Shown piece by piece: positions 60,570 through 64,000 of a stretch of DNA of 64,000 nucleotides. The first letter of the stretch is position 1, and the number at the start of each line of letters is the position of its first letter. This DNA is from Pristiophorus japonicus (taxonomy: Eukaryota): the NCBI RefSeq assembly GCF_044704955.1, contig NC_091984.1, positions 44,454,001 through 44,518,000 of the forward strand, given 5' to 3'. Both the position numbers and the translations under genes were made by a program. Below the pieces are notes generated by a model, which searched no databases, was not told where the DNA came from, and worked only from the letters and a program-made list of their open reading frames with translations.

Positions 60570-61532
60570 TAGAAACAAAGAAAATAGGTACAGGAGTAGG
60601 CCATTTGGCCCTTCGAGCCTGCACCACCATTCAATAAGATCATGGCTGATCATTCCCTCAGTATTCCTTTCCTGCTTTCTCTCCACACCACTTGATCCCC
60701 TTAGCCGTAAGGGCCATATCTAACTCCCTCTTGAATATATCCAATGAACTGACATCAACAACTCTCTGCGGCAGGGAATTCCACAGGTTAACAACTCTCT
60801 GAGTGAAGAAGTTTCTCCTCATCTCAGTCCTAAATGGCCTACCTCTTATTCTAAGACTGTGTTCCCTGGTTCTGGACTTCCCCCAACATCAGAAACGTTC
60901 TACCTGCATCTAACCTGTCCTGTCCCGTCAGAATTTTATGTTTCTATGGGATCCCCTCTCATTCCTTTAAACTCCAATGTATAAAGGCCCAGTTGATCCA
61001 GTCTCTCATATGTCAGTCCTGCCATCCCGGGAATCAGTCTGGTGAACCTTTGCTGCACTTCCTCAATAGCAAGAACGTCCTTCCTTAGAATAGGAGACCA
61101 AAACTGAACACTATTCCAGGTGAGGCCTCACCAAGGCCCTGTACAACTGCAGTAAGACCTAAATGCTCCTATACTCAAATCCTCGAGCTATGAAGGCCAA
61201 CATACCATTTGCCGCCTTCACCGCCTGCTGTACCTGTATGCCAACTTTCAATGACTGATGAACCATGACACCCAGGTCTCGTTGCACCTCCCCTTTTCCT
61301 AATCTGCTGCAATTCAGATAATATTGTGTCTTCGTGTTTTTGCCCCAAAGTGGATAACCTCACATTTATCCACATTATACTGCATCTGCCATGCATTTGC
61401 CCACTCACCTAACCTGTCCAATCACCCTGCAGCCTCCTAGCATCCCCCTCACAACTCTCACCGCCACCCAGTTTAGTGTCATCTGCAAACTTGAAGATAT
61501 TACACTCAATTCCTTCATCCAAATCATTGATG
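60570..61532 (-). mobile_element. CR1 3' fragment adjoining a second-family LINE piece (60390-60570, +)
   Basis: Reverse-complement RT C-terminus and tail. Confidence 0.85.
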
Positions 61533-64000
61533 TATATCGTAATAAGGTGGATGAATTAACTGTGCAAATAGATGTTGACAGATATGATGTGATTGGGATT
61601 ACAGAGTCGTGGCTCCAGGATGATCAGGGCTGGGAACTCAACATCCAAGGGTATTCAACATTCAGAAAGGATAGACTAAAAGGAAAAGGAGGTGGGTTAA
61701 AGAGGAGATTAATGCAATAGTTAGGAAGGACATTAGCTTGCATGATGTGAAATCTATATGGGTAGAACTGCAGAACACCAAAGGGCAAAAAACGTTAGTG
61801 GGATTTGTGTACAGACCTCCAAACAGTAGTAGTGATGTTGGGGAGGGCATCAAACAGGAAATTAGGGGTGCATGCAATAAAGGTGCAGCAGTTATCATGG
61901 GTGACTTTAAAGCATATAGATTGGGTTAACCAAACTAGAAGCAATACGGTGGAGGAGGATTTCCTGGAGTGCATAAGGGATGGTTTTCTAGACCAATATG
62001 TCGAGGAACCAACTAGGGGTGAGGCCATCTTAGACTGGGTGTTGTGTAATGAGAGAGGATTAATTAGCAACCTTGGGGAAGAGCGACCATAATATGGTGG
62101 AATTCTACATTAGAATGGAGAATGAAACAGTTAATTCAGAGACCATGGTCCAGAACTTAAAGAAGACTAACTTTGAAGGTATGAGGCGTGAATTGGCTAG
62201 GATAGATTGGCAAATGATACTTAAGGGGTTGACAGTGGATGGGCAATGGCAGACATTTAGAGACCGCATGGATGAACTACAACAATTGTACATCCCGGTC
62301 TGGCGTAAAAATAAAAAAGGGAAGGTGGCTCAACCGTGGCTATCAAGGGAAATCAGGGATAGTATTAAAGCCAAGGAAGTGGCATACAAATGGGCCAGAA
62401 ATAGCAGCAAACCCGGGGACTGGGAGAAATTTAGAACTCAGCAGAGGAGGACAAAGGGTTTGATTAGGGCAGTACGAGAAGAAGCTTGCAGGGAACATTA
62501 AGACGAACTGCAAAAGCTTCTATAGATATGTAAAGAGAAAAAGGTTAGTAAAGACAAATGTAAGTCCCCTGCAGTCAGAATCAGAGGAAGTCATAACGGG
62601 GAACAAAGAAATGGCAGACCAATTGAACAAGTACTTTGTGTCCTCCTTAGTGAATACTGAACCAAACAACCTTCCGGATATAAAAGGGGTCAGAGGGTCT
62701 AGTAAGAAGAAAGAACTGAGGGAAATCCTTATTAGTCAGGAAATTGCGTTGGGGAAGTTGATGGAATTGAAGGCCGATAAATCCCCAGGGCCTGATGGTC
62801 TGCATCCCAGAGTACTTAAGGAGGTGGTCTTAGAAATAGCGGATGCATTGACAGTCATTTTCCAACATTCCATAGACTCTGGATCTATTCCTATGGAGTG
62901 GAAGGTAGCCAATGTAACCTCACTTTTTAAAAAAGGAGGGAGAGAGAAAACAGGGAATTATAGACCAGTCAGCCTGACATCGGTAGTGGGTAAAATGATG
63001 GAATCAATTATTAAGGATGTCATAGCAGCACATTTGGAAAGAGGTGACATGATAGGTCCAAGTCAGCATGGATTTGTGAAAGGGAAATCATGCTTGACAA
63101 ATCTTCTGGAATTTTTTGAAGATGTTTCCAGTAGAGTGGACAAGGGAGAACCAGTTGATGTGGTGTATTTGGACTTTCAGAAGGCTTTCGACAAGGTCCC
63201 ACACAAGAGATTAAAGTGCAAAGTTAAAGCACATGGGATTGGGGGTAGTGTGCTGACGTGGATTGAGAACTGGTTGGCAGACAGGAAGCAAAGAGTAGGA
63301 GTAAATGGGTACTTTTCAGAATGGCAGGCAGTGACTAGTGGGGTACCGCAAGGTTCTGTGCTGGGGCCCCAGCTGTTTACATTGTACATTAATGATTTAG
63401 ACGAGGGGATTAAATGTAGTATCTCCAAATTTGCGGATGACACTAAGTTGGGTGGCAGTGTGAGCTGCGAGGAGGATGCTATGAAGCTGCAGAGTGACTT
63501 GGATAGGTTAGGTGAGTGGGCAAATGCATGGCAGATGAAGTATAATGTGGATAAATGTGAGGTTATCCACTTTGGTGGTAAAAACAGAGAGACAGACTAT
63601 TATCTGAATGGTGACAGATTAGGAAAAGGGGAGGTGCAACGAGACCTGGGTGTCATGGTACATCAGTCATTGAAGGTTGGCATGCAGGTACAGTAGGCGG
63701 TTAAGAAAGCAAATGGCATGTTGGCCTTCATAGCGAGGGGATTTGAGTACAAGGGCAGGGAGGTGTTACTACAGTTGTACAGGGCCTTGGTGAGGCCACA
63801 CCTGGAGTATTGTGTACAGTTTTGATCTCCTAACTTGAGGAAGGACATTCTTGCTATTGAGGGAGTGCAGCGAAGGTTCACCAGAATGATTCCCGGGATG
63901 GCGTGACTGACATCAAGAAAGACTGGATCAACTGGGCTTGTATTCACTGGAGTTCAGAAGAATGAGAGGGGATCTCATAGAAACATTTAAAATTCTGACG
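61533..64000 (+). mobile_element. CR1 ORF2 (APE + RT) running off the window
   Basis: 361-aa RT ORF 62611-63696 ended by a CAG>TAG change; very similar to copy D. Confidence 0.92.

Overview
Vertebrate genomic DNA, not prokaryotic. The repeat content (CR1 LINEs with elasmobranch HER1-like tails, tRNA-headed DeuSINE/SacSINE1-like SINEs, Penelope-type termini) points to a shark or other cartilaginous fish (inference). Two complete spliced housekeeping genes lie in tandem on the minus strand, reconstructed by eye with consistent phases. UQCRH has 4 coding exons (14324->3990, 90 aa). PIGB has 12 coding exons (58102->22002, 1614 nt, 537 aa). PIGB intron 2 is a minor-spliceosome (U12) intron with rare AT-AA termini, and intron 10 is GC-AG. 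The PIGB promoter looks bidirectional, with a plus-strand first exon of an unidentified divergent gene. The rest is mostly transposon-derived: a 12-kb nested stack of five CR1 copies plus a solo LTR, L2 and RTE fragments, internally deleted mini-RTE elements, and TIR elements, one of which carries a G-quadruplex-type minisatellite and two assembly gaps. There are also several Penelope-type termini, two of which retain an intact minimal hammerhead ribozyme core; one of these sits inside the PIGB promoter. Almost all ORFs in the supplied track are LINE fragments or noise. Repeat boundaries are approximate unless TSDs or TIRs are quoted.
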